A DNA stretch of 64,000 nucleotides from Candidatus Saccharimonadota bacterium (GTDB taxonomy: Bacteria > Patescibacteriota > Saccharimonadia > Saccharimonadales > AWTP1-31). The DNA is taken from contig JBPOHZ010000008.1 of NCBI GenBank assembly GCA_052034955.1, forward strand, positions 27,614 to 91,613, given 5' to 3'. The translations under genes were made by a program, and so were the position numbers. Positions 1-9,985 of this stretch are shown one piece after another. The notes beneath the pieces were generated by a model. The model was given only the letters and a program-made list of their open reading frames with translations. It did not search any database and was not told the DNA's origin. Numbering within the stretch: the first letter of the stretch is position 1; each line of letters opens with the position of its first letter.

Positions 1-588
1 AGTGGATTTAGCATAGAGAACAAATACGACTGGAAAGTTAGCGAGAAAGATACATCGGCGAATTACAAAGGCTTAACTTCGGGAGAGAAAATAACCCTCT
101 CGACTGTTGAGTTTGCAATAAACGAAAAACAGAAATTAGTATTTGAAGCAGATGCCAACTTAGTGGGTAACGATTGTGTGCCGAAGAAAACAGATAAGCC
201 TTTCCAGAAAGGTAATAACTGCAGCTCATTTACAAGAATAAAAGCCGATAAATTACCTGAATCAAGTTATGTAAAGAGTGCTCAAAACTCTTCATCCGCT
301 GACGCATATGTGTCAACTTATAAATACATGGGTAGGGATGACAGTAAGCCATTTACTATGGTAGGCATTGAAAATATAGATAATACTACAGGTGTACGTG
401 ATCTAAACACGGCAGTTATGGGCTATTTTATGCCTTACACTTCAGTAGATGTGTTGACAGAAAAGACAGCTAATGTCCCATATACAATTTATAACAAAAT
501 AATTGACGCCAAAGGCAATCCAACTCAGCTAATTGATTCAGATATAGCAAAAGTTGAAGAAGTTTTAAAAACCTTCAAAATCATCTAG
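1..588 (+). CDS. Hypothetical protein, C-terminal part (5' end lies upstream of the window)
   Basis: Frame +1 is open from nt 1 to TAG 586-588. The track ORF 163..588 is only the part after an internal GTG. No recognisable motifs. Confidence 0.5.
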   Translation, partial: SGFSIENKYDWKVSEKDTSANYKGLTSGEKITLSTVEFAINEKQKLVFEADANLVGNDCVPKKTDKPFQKGNNCSSFTRIKADKLPESSYVKSAQNSSSADAYVSTYKYMGRDDSKPFTMVGIENIDNTTGVRDLNTAVMGYFMPYTSVDVLTEKTANVPYTIYNKIIDAKGNPTQLIDSDIAKVEEVLKTFKII

Positions 589-604
589 CTGTTACAATAG
601 ATAG

Positions 605-2788
605 ATGTCATCAGAGCCCAAGTCAGATTTATTTAAAGGCCTAAACCCCGAGCAAAAACGGGCTGTCGAGACCACCGATGGACCACTACTCATTCAGGCT
701 GGTGCTGGTAGTGGTAAGACCATGGTGCTGACTCATCGCATTGCTCATATCATTTCTAGTCATAAAGCTACTCCTTATAATATTTTGGCTGTTACGTTTA
801 CCAATAAGGCCGCCAAAGAAATGCGTGCCCGGGTCGCAAGTTTGCTTGGCGAGAACTCCGAAAACAGATCTTTCATGCCATACATGGGTACATTCCACAG
901 TATCTGCGTGCGATTACTCCGTCAGGACGGCGAGCACATTGGATTGCCGCGCACCTTTGTGATCTTTGACGAGTCCGACCGTCAGACTGCAGTAAAGCGT
1001 GCAAGCCGAGAACTTCACATCGACGAAAAGGCTTTTCCGGCCCGTCAAATAAGCGGCATGATCAGTAGTGCCAAAAACGAAATGATTGGTCCAAGCGAAT
1101 ACAGCGGTGCGGCTCAAAGCCCCGCGTCTCAGGCTGCGGCCCAAGTCTATCCAGTTTACGAGCGGGCTCTAAAAGACGCTGGAGCATTGGACTTTGATGA
1201 CCTCATTTCCAAGACCGTTGACATGCTTAAGAATAATCAAGAGATTCGACGCAAATGGCAAGCTCAGTTTAAATACATAATGATCGACGAGTATCAAGAT
1301 ACAAACAGCGCCCAGTATCAGCTTGTTAAATTGTTGACTGCCGAGCACAATAACTTGGCAGTAGTTGGCGACGACTGGCAGTCAATTTATTCTTGGCGAG
1401 GAGCTGATTTTAGAAATATTCTAAAATTCGAAAACGATTACCCAGATTGTACGGTTATTAAGCTAGAGCAAAACTATCGTAGTACCAAACACATCCTAGA
1501 TGCTGCTCATGCCATCATCACCAAAAACGAAAAGCGCAGCGACAAAAAGTTGTGGACAGCCGCCGGTGATGGTCATCCGGTCCGGATAGCTCAGGTTAAT
1601 GGTGAGCGCGCCGAGGGCGAGGCTGTTGTGCGTCGGATTCGTGGCGGAGTAGATAGTGGACTGCGCGACTACAAAGATTTTGCAGTGTTGTACCGGACCA
1701 ACGCACAAAGTCGATCGGTCGAAGAAGCATTTGTGCATTATGGAATTCCTTACCGAATTGTTGGGGGTCAAAGATTCTACGACCGAAAAGAAGTCAAAGA
1801 TCTCTTAGCTTATCTTCGGTTAGTTTATCAGCCAGAAGATCGTGTTAGCTTTGAAAGAGTCGTAAATGTCCCAGCCCGTGGAATAGGTGCCAAGTCTGTA
1901 GAAAACTTTTTAGGTTGGCGAGTAAATTCCGGCCTAACTCTAGACCAGGCTCTTATCCGGGCCGAAGAGTGTACGGCCGTGACGCCCAAGGCCCGAAAGG
2001 CTTTAAGCGAACTCGGTGATATCTTAGTTAGTCTTAGGGCGGTCATGGAAGAAACTAGTGTCTCTGGACTGATAGACTCTTTGATTCGTCGCACCGACTA
2101 CCTAAAATACTTAGACGACGGAACAGCTCAGGGCGAGTCGCGACAAGAAAACGTCAAAGAACTAATTAGTGTGGCTCAGGAATACCAAGATGTTGGACTA
2201 GATGGATTCTTGGAAGAAGTGGCACTTGTTAGTGACTTGGACAATGTCGAGTTTGGCAGTAACGTTGTGACACTGATGACTTTGCACTCGGCCAAGGGCC
2301 TAGAGTTCCCAGTAGTCTTTATGGTCGGTATGGAAGAATCTATCTTCCCGCACTCCAGAGCATTGTATGATCAGCACGAGATGGAAGAGGAACGTCGGCT
2401 TTGTTACGTTGGTATGACTCGGGCTAGGGAAGAGTTGTATTTGTTGTATGCCAGCAGCCGGGTGCTGTATGGCGGTATTCAACACAATCCACCAAGCAGG
2501 TTCCTAAGCGAAATTGATGGCGAATTCCAGGATGATGGATACAGCAATTCGGCCATGATGAACGGCTATGATCGTTATGATACCAATGCCAAGGCACCCG
2601 ACCCTCAAGCTTTTGTTAGCGACGAACCTCAATATGTACCTGAGTTAAACGAAGGTGACCACGTCCGGCATCAGGTATTTGGCGAAGGGCAAGTAATGGA
2701 ACTAGACGGTGACAGTGCCGTGATTTACTTTAAGGGCAAGGGGTCCAAGAAGTTGAATATTGCCTTTGCACCATTGAAAAAAATGTAA
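605..2788 (+). CDS. pcrA: ATP-dependent DNA helicase PcrA/UvrD (superfamily 1)
   Basis: 727 aa. Walker A AGAGSGKT, motif II DEYQDTN, VGDDWQSIYSWRGA, QNYRST, TLHSAKGLEFP and VGMTRA motifs. TGTTACAAT -10-like box ends 6 nt before the ATG. Confidence 0.93.
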   Translation: MSSEPKSDLFKGLNPEQKRAVETTDGPLLIQAGAGSGKTMVLTHRIAHIISSHKATPYNILAVTFTNKAAKEMRARVASLLGENSENRSFMPYMGTFHSICVRLLRQDGEHIGLPRTFVIFDESDRQTAVKRASRELHIDEKAFPARQISGMISSAKNEMIGPSEYSGAAQSPASQAAAQVYPVYERALKDAGALDFDDLISKTVDMLKNNQEIRRKWQAQFKYIMIDEYQDTNSAQYQLVKLLTAEHNNLAVVGDDWQSIYSWRGADFRNILKFENDYPDCTVIKLEQNYRSTKHILDAAHAIITKNEKRSDKKLWTAAGDGHPVRIAQVNGERAEGEAVVRRIRGGVDSGLRDYKDFAVLYRTNAQSRSVEEAFVHYGIPYRIVGGQRFYDRKEVKDLLAYLRLVYQPEDRVSFERVVNVPARGIGAKSVENFLGWRVNSGLTLDQALIRAEECTAVTPKARKALSELGDILVSLRAVMEETSVSGLIDSLIRRTDYLKYLDDGTAQGESRQENVKELISVAQEYQDVGLDGFLEEVALVSDLDNVEFGSNVVTLMTLHSAKGLEFPVVFMVGMEESIFPHSRALYDQHEMEEERRLCYVGMTRAREELYLLYASSRVLYGGIQHNPPSRFLSEIDGEFQDDGYSNSAMMNGYDRYDTNAKAPDPQAFVSDEPQYVPELNEGDHVRHQVFGEGQVMELDGDSAVIYFKGKGSKKLNIAFAPLKKM

Positions 2789-3264
2789 TGGATGCACTTC
2801 TAAACAAAATTTGGAGAAGACTGGGCCGAGCCTTCTTTTTAGTTACTTGGCCCGGAATCTGGCTAGTTGTTAGGCTGTCGCCACCAAGGACCAGGGTACT
2901 GGTAATCCATGACGGAGAAGCTTTACTTGTTAAGGATTGGTTAGGTAACGGAAAATGGAAACTTCCGGGCGGTGGTATGCATCGAGACGAGAACCCAATA
3001 CAGGGCGCAATTCGGGAGCTCAAAGAAGAGGTATCGATACTGGCTACGTCTTCTCAATTAAGACAAATAGCCAAATTCAAGACCCGGTCAAATAGGATGA
3101 ACGCCCAGATTATTGCTTTTGTTTTGCAGGTATCCGATCGACCGGATGTCAAAATGCAACCCTACGAGATTAGTGATTACACCTGGTGCTCGCTAGATGA
3201 CATAGACTTAAATAAAGTCAGTTTAACCACTAGAACAGTTCTAGAACACTTTAAAAAGAGCTGA
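2788..3264 (+). CDS. NUDIX hydrolase
   Basis: GGGMHRDENPIQGAIRELKEEV fits the Nudix box GX5EX7REUXEEXGU. The ATG overlaps the pcrA stop (TAATG). Confidence 0.85.
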   Translation: MDALLNKIWRRLGRAFFLVTWPGIWLVVRLSPPRTRVLVIHDGEALLVKDWLGNGKWKLPGGGMHRDENPIQGAIRELKEEVSILATSSQLRQIAKFKTRSNRMNAQIIAFVLQVSDRPDVKMQPYEISDYTWCSLDDIDLNKVSLTTRTVLEHFKKS

Positions 3265-3346
3265 ATATTTGCTAAAATAATAACGGCTTTGGAGGGCAAC
3301 AACACCTTAATATGTTTTACAGTTAACCTCCTTTAATGCCTAATCT

Positions 3347-4624
3347 ATGCGTAGAATAAAACGACTATCACGTAAATACACTGCAATCAGCCGCCGAAAT
3401 CTTAGGCGGGTTCATCCCCTAAAGGGCCACCCGCTTGTAATACCAGTATTATCTTTTCTGGGACTTTTCTTTATATGTGCCGTAGGCCTAGTTATTGGAA
3501 ATGCTCAAACCATTGGTGCTAGCGACTCTCGAATAGTAGAGATATTGGTCGATGGCCAAAGTAGGACAGTTCCAACACGAGCCAAGAATGTAGCCGATCT
3601 GTTGGACCGTTTACAGATTGAAGTTGACAGTCAGGACTTAGTGGAACCCAAGCTTGATACTGCCATCCTTGAAGACAACATGAAGATAACTATCCAGCAG
3701 GCTAGACCAGTCACAATTATTGATGGAGCAAGTGTCAAAACGGTGATCAGTCCACATCAACAGCCACGTACCGTAGTGGAGGATGCCGGTATAAAGCTTT
3801 ATCCGGAAGACGGCATAGAAACTGACGCTCCAGACAATATCACAGCTCAACCAATTTTAGGTGATCAGCTTGTAGTAGACCGTGCTATCCCGGTTAACAT
3901 CAATTTGTATGGAACAAACATTCCAGTTCGTACTAGGGTGAACACGGTCGCCGATTTACTTAATCAGAAGGATATCAAAACACTCGAAGGCGACACGGTT
4001 ATACCGGAACCTCAGGCAAAGCTTACAGCCGACCTTCAAGTATTTGTGGTTCGTAAGGGTAAGCAGGTTGTGACTGTCGAAGAAAAGATCAAAGCCGCCA
4101 CCGAGACTATTGATGACCCGACATTGACGGCTGGAACAACTGTCGTTAAAAACCCTGGTAAGGATGGACGCAAGGTCGTCACCTACGAAATCAAACTAGA
4201 AAATGGCAAAGAGGTTGGACGAAAAGTTCTGCAAACAGTTATCGCTTCTAAGCCAGTCAAGAAAGTTGTGGCCAAAGGAACCAAGGTACTAGTAACCGGA
4301 ACAAGAGGTGATTGGCTCAGGGCTGTTGGAATATCACCAAGTGAATACTACGCCGTAGATTACATAATTGGGCGGGAATCAGGCTGGTGTCCAACTAAAT
4401 GGCAGGGAGAATACGGAGGATGTCCAGCTTATCACGGCGCTCCGGGCTCCGGTATTGGATACGGGCTTTGTCAGGCCACTCCTGGCAACAAGATGTCTAG
4501 TGCTGGTGCTGATTGGGCTTCTAACCCAGTAACTCAGCTAAAATGGTGTACTGGCTATGCTAGGTCAAGGTACGGAAGCTGGCCGGCAGCTTATAAGTTC
4601 TGGCAACAAAATCACTGGTGGTAG
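3347..4624 (+). CDS. Membrane-anchored cell-wall protein of the DUF348/G5 type with a Cys/Trp-rich C-terminal transglycosylase-like domain (YabE/Rpf-like)
   Basis: Basic N-terminal tail plus a TM helix. Repeated beta-rich segments. G5-like stretch GKDGRKVVTYEIKLENGKEV. C-terminal GWCPTKWQGEYGGCP...WCTGYARSRYGSW. Confidence 0.65.
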   Translation: MRRIKRLSRKYTAISRRNLRRVHPLKGHPLVIPVLSFLGLFFICAVGLVIGNAQTIGASDSRIVEILVDGQSRTVPTRAKNVADLLDRLQIEVDSQDLVEPKLDTAILEDNMKITIQQARPVTIIDGASVKTVISPHQQPRTVVEDAGIKLYPEDGIETDAPDNITAQPILGDQLVVDRAIPVNINLYGTNIPVRTRVNTVADLLNQKDIKTLEGDTVIPEPQAKLTADLQVFVVRKGKQVVTVEEKIKAATETIDDPTLTAGTTVVKNPGKDGRKVVTYEIKLENGKEVGRKVLQTVIASKPVKKVVAKGTKVLVTGTRGDWLRAVGISPSEYYAVDYIIGRESGWCPTKWQGEYGGCPAYHGAPGSGIGYGLCQATPGNKMSSAGADWASNPVTQLKWCTGYARSRYGSWPAAYKFWQQNHWW

Positions 4625-4639
4625 TGCTAAACTAAAGCG

Positions 4640-5416
4640 ATGTACGATAACACCCCCAAAAAATCTTTAGGTCAGCATTGGCTAAGTGATGAACTTAGCC
4701 TAACAGCAATGCTAAGTGCTGGCGAGGTTACCGACCAAGACTTGGTTGTCGAAATCGGGCCAGGCCAAGGTACGCTAACAAGGTTCTTGGTAGACAACGC
4801 TAAACAAGTCATCGCTCTAGAATACGACCAAGACTTGGCCAGACAACTTCCTTCCCGGGTAAAGGCCGACAACCTAAAAGTTGAATTTGCTGATTGTCTG
4901 ACATTCGACTACACTAGCTTACCGGCTGGCTACAAAGTTGTGGCCAATATCCCATATTACTTAACAAGTAATCTGCTGCGCACATTATCTGAATCTGCTA
5001 ATCCGCCATCTGTTATAGCTTTGTTAGTTCAGAAAGAGGTTGCCGAAAGAGTGGCCGCTGGTCCTGGTGACATGTCGATGTTGAGCGTCAGTGTCCAACT
5101 CTATTACCAGGCTGAGCTCAAAGACATCGTACCTGCAATTCTATTTACTCCTCCGCCAAAAGTAGATTCCCAGATTATCAAATTAGTTCGTAGGCCAGAA
5201 CCACTGTTTGAGAACCTGGATGAAAAGAAGTTCTTTAGATTAGTCAAAGCCGGTTTCTCGCAACGTCGCAAAAAATTACGGAGCAGCCTAAGCGCTGGAC
5301 TGCATATTACAAAAGATCAGGCCGAGCAGATGCTGGGCGCCGCAAATATAGATTCTAATCTTCGTCCACAAGAGTTAAGCCTGGATCAGTGGCATAACCT
5401 TTACCTACAATTCTAA
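4640..5416 (+). CDS. rsmA: 16S rRNA (adenine1518/1519-N6)-dimethyltransferase
   Basis: 258 aa. SAM-binding VVEIGPGQGTLT and the NIPYY motif of the KsgA/Erm family. TGCTAAACT -10-like box ends 6 nt before the ATG. Confidence 0.92.
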   Translation: MYDNTPKKSLGQHWLSDELSLTAMLSAGEVTDQDLVVEIGPGQGTLTRFLVDNAKQVIALEYDQDLARQLPSRVKADNLKVEFADCLTFDYTSLPAGYKVVANIPYYLTSNLLRTLSESANPPSVIALLVQKEVAERVAAGPGDMSMLSVSVQLYYQAELKDIVPAILFTPPPKVDSQIIKLVRRPEPLFENLDEKKFFRLVKAGFSQRRKKLRSSLSAGLHITKDQAEQMLGAANIDSNLRPQELSLDQWHNLYLQF

Positions 5417-5440
5417 GCTTAAGCTATACTGGTGTTAGAT

Positions 5441-6733
5441 ATGAATATTAAAGCTCGTCTAAAAAATAGATTAAGACCGATACCTCCTGCTCCGGTCATT
5501 ATTATTTCTCTGATGGTTGTTGGTGTGTTAATGATTGTTTTATCGCAGGCTGCCAATAACGCCGCCAACTTCGAGGCAGAGTTTGGAGTACCAAACATCG
5601 CAACAAATACAGGAGATTCACTGGCTTCCAATAATCAAGCCGTCAGATTTGGTAAAGCTTCGACCACGGCATCGGGTAAGTTTTATGTAGTGGGCAAGAA
5701 CATTGTAGATCCCGATGGCAATATCTTTTTGCCAATGGGCGCCAACGTGGGTATGAGACAAGCACCGTATCTAGAGAATAACTACCTTTTTAACTACTTT
5801 GGTACGGCCAACGATAAAAGTGAACAAGTCAAAGCCTGGGGATGGAATACAATTAGACCTAATATTAACTGCGCCCCAACTGGTAGCCCCAGTGCGACCG
5901 AGACTTTGGCTGGCTTAGATCAGTTGGTTAACGAATATACGGCCAAGAAGTTGGTTGTTATGGTCACTTGTCGTGTAACGGTCGGCAGTGATTATGCTTA
6001 CTCAAGTTCGCAGATTCAGGCATCGTTGCCGATGATCAAAGCTATCGCCCAGAAGTATAAGGATAATCCTTACGTTTGGATGAATACTTTCAATGAACCG
6101 ATAGTAAACACTGGTGCATGGTCGTCCCTTAATCAAAGCCTTTATAATGATGTTAGAGCTCTGGCGCCAGATATGCTTTTTGTCGCCGACCTAGCAGGAC
6201 TTGGAAATAACATCGAGAGCCTAGCAGATGGTAATCTAGCAACAACTTTTGGAGCCGGAAAGTGTAACGTCGTATGTGACTGGCACGCTTATGGATTCAT
6301 CAATGGCTACGGCAGCGATGCGACTCACCAGCAGTACATATCTAACGTTGCGTCTAAAAATATTGCCTTGGTAGTAGGGGAGTTCGGCGATCCGCTAAAA
6401 GCAGACGGTAGCCCGCTACGGGCAACCGATCCAACGGTACCGGGGGTAGCAGGAAGCCCAGACCAGAATCGAATTGGCGCAAATGCTGTTATTAAGTATG
6501 GTCCATCAGCTGGCTACGGGTTGATCTGGTGGATAGCAACAGGTGATTCAAACCAAGGCATTGTCTACTCTTTGACCAAAGACAAGACATCTCCTTGGAC
6601 GGTAAATGCATCTAATGCATCAACCAAGCTTGCCCCGGCCGGTAAATTATTCTGGGATCTAACCCATCCTGCACGATCTGTCACCAAGTTTACAGGCAAC
6701 TTGGCGGCTAGCGGTTGTGCCTCGGCAAATTAG
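5441..6733 (+). CDS. Membrane-anchored glycoside hydrolase, GH5-like (clan A)
   Basis: N-terminal TM anchor. FNEP (acid/base-like) and VVGEFG (nucleophile-like) motifs at GH5-like spacing. Start moved from GTG 5432 to ATG 5441 because a TATACT box ends at 5430. Confidence 0.6.
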   Translation: MNIKARLKNRLRPIPPAPVIIISLMVVGVLMIVLSQAANNAANFEAEFGVPNIATNTGDSLASNNQAVRFGKASTTASGKFYVVGKNIVDPDGNIFLPMGANVGMRQAPYLENNYLFNYFGTANDKSEQVKAWGWNTIRPNINCAPTGSPSATETLAGLDQLVNEYTAKKLVVMVTCRVTVGSDYAYSSSQIQASLPMIKAIAQKYKDNPYVWMNTFNEPIVNTGAWSSLNQSLYNDVRALAPDMLFVADLAGLGNNIESLADGNLATTFGAGKCNVVCDWHAYGFINGYGSDATHQQYISNVASKNIALVVGEFGDPLKADGSPLRATDPTVPGVAGSPDQNRIGANAVIKYGPSAGYGLIWWIATGDSNQGIVYSLTKDKTSPWTVNASNASTKLAPAGKLFWDLTHPARSVTKFTGNLAASGCASAN

Positions 6734-6774
6734 TAAAGAGCTAACGTTTGTCCTGTTATACTAAAGGTAAGTTT

Positions 6775-8142
6775 ATGAAGAAGATTAAGATCAGCCTATC
6801 CAAGTCTCAGAAGCGATTCCTTTCTAGATATCGTCGTCAAATAATATTTGGTTCGAATATCGTGGCTTTTGTCACCCTGGGATTGGTTCTGCTCATATTT
6901 ACGCGCGCCGCACAGAACTCTACAAACTTTGAGGCAGAATTAGGTGTTAATAATGGAGCCGTGGAGTATTCAGATGGCCAGGCATCCGGAGGTAGATCGG
7001 TAAGATTCGGCAAGGCTACTGCCACCGATCTAGGCAATATTATGATCAACTCAACCTTAAACGCTAGAGCCGCTCAGTATAAAGATGCTTCGGAGTCGAC
7101 AGTAACTCAGAATCTTACCAGTAGAGGCAATCTAGAACCCAGCCCATCAGGCTATAACACGGCGAATGGACAAGGACAATTTAGATTTTTTTGCCAATAC
7201 TCACACTTTAATTACGACGATCCAATAGTCTACCCAGTTAAAGACGGAGTGCCTCAAAAAGGCAAGGCTCATCTGCATATGTTCTGGGGAAATACCGCGA
7301 TGAATGCCTCTATCACTAACGCCAACATCACGCAGACCGGTGGGGGTAGCTGCTCGGGCTTCGAGGCAAACAGAACCGGATATTGGATGCCGGCGGTTAT
7401 AGACGGTAATAATAAGGCGGTAATTCCCGAATCGATACTTATGTACTACAAATCGGCTTCCAACCTCAACGCCCAAACCAAAATTATGCCGGCGGGCCTA
7501 AAGATGATAGCGGGAAATTCTAGCGGTAATAGCCTTAGTACACCGAATAATGTAAATGGTATCCAATGGCAGTGCTATACCGGTAGTGTAAATTACACCT
7601 ACCAGGGGCAAACCATACCAGATAGGTGCCCGCCTAATCCGGGTACAAATGGAGATAACTTCCCCATCCAGTTGGTGGCAATTATTTACTTCCCAGCCTG
7701 CGTGGCAGTAGACGGCAGCAATAAGCCCATATTGGACACCTCACAGGATTTAGCTCGTTTCCCAAGCAATAATCATAAAGACCATCTATCCTACTTTGTT
7801 TCTAGCGGGGGCCAACTTGCTTGCCCATCTAGCCATCCATATATCATGCCCCAAGTTAGCTATCATGTATCATGGCCAGGAAATCTAGATTATTCTAGCT
7901 GGCACTTATCTTCAGATAGAATGCCTGGTATGCCAACCATGCAAGACGGACAAACCTTACACGCCGACTGGTATGGTGGTTGGAATGATACAATCATGAA
8001 ACATTGGACAGAAGGCTGCATAAACAAGGGTCAGAACTGTTCCAATGGGGTTATGGGTACTTCGGCTAATTTCCCGACTAACCAGCAACTCAAGGCTTTG
8101 CCGTCAAACTATAGCGGACCAAATCCAATAAGCTTACCATAA
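6775..8142 (+). CDS. Membrane-anchored DUF1996-like protein
   Basis: DDPIVYP...GKAHLHMFWGN resembles the DPIV.PG...HxHxFxG signature of DUF1996. TM anchor present. ATG 6775 is preferred over TTG 6748 (TGTTATACT box at 6754-6762, AAGG upstream). Confidence 0.5.
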   Translation: MKKIKISLSKSQKRFLSRYRRQIIFGSNIVAFVTLGLVLLIFTRAAQNSTNFEAELGVNNGAVEYSDGQASGGRSVRFGKATATDLGNIMINSTLNARAAQYKDASESTVTQNLTSRGNLEPSPSGYNTANGQGQFRFFCQYSHFNYDDPIVYPVKDGVPQKGKAHLHMFWGNTAMNASITNANITQTGGGSCSGFEANRTGYWMPAVIDGNNKAVIPESILMYYKSASNLNAQTKIMPAGLKMIAGNSSGNSLSTPNNVNGIQWQCYTGSVNYTYQGQTIPDRCPPNPGTNGDNFPIQLVAIIYFPACVAVDGSNKPILDTSQDLARFPSNNHKDHLSYFVSSGGQLACPSSHPYIMPQVSYHVSWPGNLDYSSWHLSSDRMPGMPTMQDGQTLHADWYGGWNDTIMKHWTEGCINKGQNCSNGVMGTSANFPTNQQLKALPSNYSGPNPISLP

Positions 8143-8190
8143 TCACGTTTAGTAATTGACGTGTTAAGTATCCAGGCGTAGGCTTAAGGT

Positions 8191-8652
8191 ATGAAACCTT
8201 CAAGTAATGTTGGGTATCTACTAAATCACCTGGCTTTTGTACTAGGGCGTCAATCAGACCAAGTGCTACAAGAAAGATTAGGGATTGGATTTAGTCAGTT
8301 TAAAATAATGATGACCTTGCAGAATGCACCGCATATCCAGCAAAAAGTCATTGCCGAGAAACTCGGGCAGACCGAAGCCAGCATTAGCAGGCAGATTAAG
8401 TTGATGCTAGATCAAAACCTGCTTCAAACGTTTAGGCGGCCAGAAAATAAGCGCGAGCATATAACTACCCTAACGTTAAAAGGGGATAGGCTCACCAACG
8501 AGGCCATGGATATTCTTGGACAATACCATGCACCAGTTATGGAAGCGCTTACCGAAAAGCAGCAACATGCCCTGACCGAGTCACTGCAAATAATGCATCG
8601 GGCCGCTTGTAGCAGTGATGGACCCGGCTCATGCCACCCAGATTTTGAATAA
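8191..8652 (+). CDS. MarR-family transcriptional regulator
   Basis: 153 aa with a winged-helix pattern: QQKVIAEKLGQTEASISRQIKLM followed by RRPENKREHITTLTLKG. Confidence 0.8.
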   Translation: MKPSSNVGYLLNHLAFVLGRQSDQVLQERLGIGFSQFKIMMTLQNAPHIQQKVIAEKLGQTEASISRQIKLMLDQNLLQTFRRPENKREHITTLTLKGDRLTNEAMDILGQYHAPVMEALTEKQQHALTESLQIMHRAACSSDGPGSCHPDFE

Positions 8653-8666
8653 TATAAAAGGAAGTC

Positions 8667-9953
8667 ATGTCAAAAAAAGAAACTAGTGCCAAAAGCACAC
8701 TAGAGAAAAAAGCTCTGCCAATTGTTCTGTTCACCGTATTCTTAGATGTCTTGGGAGTAGGGATCCTTATTCCGGTTTTGCCTCAACTTATCTATACAAT
8801 ATTTATTCCCCAAGGATTTACATACAATGGTTCTTTAATCATGCTTGGTTGGCTGACTGCCATCTTCCCGCTAATGCAATTTTTGGCCACGCCAATTTTG
8901 GGTCAGCTGTCCGACAGGCATGGAAGACGCAAGGTACTAGGCTTTAGTCTTGCCGGTACGGCATTTGGTTATGCCCTTTTTGCGGTAGCAATAATTATGA
9001 AGAACATTCCTTTACTGTTCGTAGCCCGTGGGCTGGACGGTATCACTGGCGGGAACTTAAGTGTTGCAAGGGCGGTGGTTGCCGATGTTAGCACTCCCAA
9101 GAATAGAACCCGTAACTTCGGACTCATCGGTGCCTGTTTTGGGCTAGGATTTGTATTTGGACCATATATCGGCGCCAGGCTGGCGTCACCTAAGGTAAGT
9201 TTTTTTGGTTTGTTCGACACTCCGCATTGGTTTGGACCATCCACTCCGTTTTGGTTTACGGCCATACTAAGCACTATTAACGTCATACTGCTTCTAATAT
9301 TCTTGCCCGAGACGCACAGGCATATCAACAGCAAGCTTAAAATGGTCTGGAACAAATCTCTCGACAATATTCGCCAAGCGGCCCTTAGTCCAAGCCTTCG
9401 AGTTGTGTTTGTATCCAACTTCTTGTTCTGGGGCGGATTTACGTTCTTTACAACATTCTTCCAAATTTTGTTAGTACAAAAACTTGGATTCAAGCAAAGT
9501 AATATCGGTGACTTCTTTGCCTACATTGGTATTTGGATTGTGATTAGCCAGGGAATCCTTACTCCATTACTTGCCAGGTTCAAGAACAGCACAATTCTGC
9601 GTTTTAGCTTCTTGGGTCTTGGATTTGCTTTGCTTCTTCAGCTGTTTCCAAATAACACCACACAGTTACTTTTGGTAGCACCATTCATCGCCATCTTTAA
9701 TGGGCTAAATATAGCCAACGCAACATCGTTGATTAGTTCTTCGGTAGGTCCCGAGATACAGGGCGAGGTACTAGGAATAGATGGAAGCATTCAGGCGCTA
9801 GCTGGTGCAATCCCAGCTATCATAAGTGGTTATGTTGCAACACTTGGTATTAACATGCCAGTTATAGTTGGTGGATTCACGATCATTGCCGGTGGATTGA
9901 TATTCAACATCTTCTACAAAGAGCCAAAAAAGCCACTGACCCAAGTTGTTTAA
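8667..9953 (+). CDS. MFS transporter (DHA1/Tet-like)
   Basis: 428 aa with about 12 hydrophobic helices. MFS motif A-like GQLSDRHGRRKVL. Lies immediately downstream of the MarR gene. Confidence 0.85.
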   Translation: MSKKETSAKSTLEKKALPIVLFTVFLDVLGVGILIPVLPQLIYTIFIPQGFTYNGSLIMLGWLTAIFPLMQFLATPILGQLSDRHGRRKVLGFSLAGTAFGYALFAVAIIMKNIPLLFVARGLDGITGGNLSVARAVVADVSTPKNRTRNFGLIGACFGLGFVFGPYIGARLASPKVSFFGLFDTPHWFGPSTPFWFTAILSTINVILLLIFLPETHRHINSKLKMVWNKSLDNIRQAALSPSLRVVFVSNFLFWGGFTFFTTFFQILLVQKLGFKQSNIGDFFAYIGIWIVISQGILTPLLARFKNSTILRFSFLGLGFALLLQLFPNNTTQLLLVAPFIAIFNGLNIANATSLISSSVGPEIQGEVLGIDGSIQALAGAIPAIISGYVATLGINMPVIVGGFTIIAGGLIFNIFYKEPKKPLTQVV

Positions 9954-9965
9954 GCTTAATTATTA

Positions 9966-9974
9966 TGCTATAAT
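9966..9974 (+). promoter_or_regulatory. Extended -10 promoter element (TGCTATAAT) for tmRNA
   Basis: TGnTATAAT lies 11 nt upstream of the mature tmRNA 5' end. Confidence 0.5.
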
Positions 9975-9985
9975 AGATGTCACAT

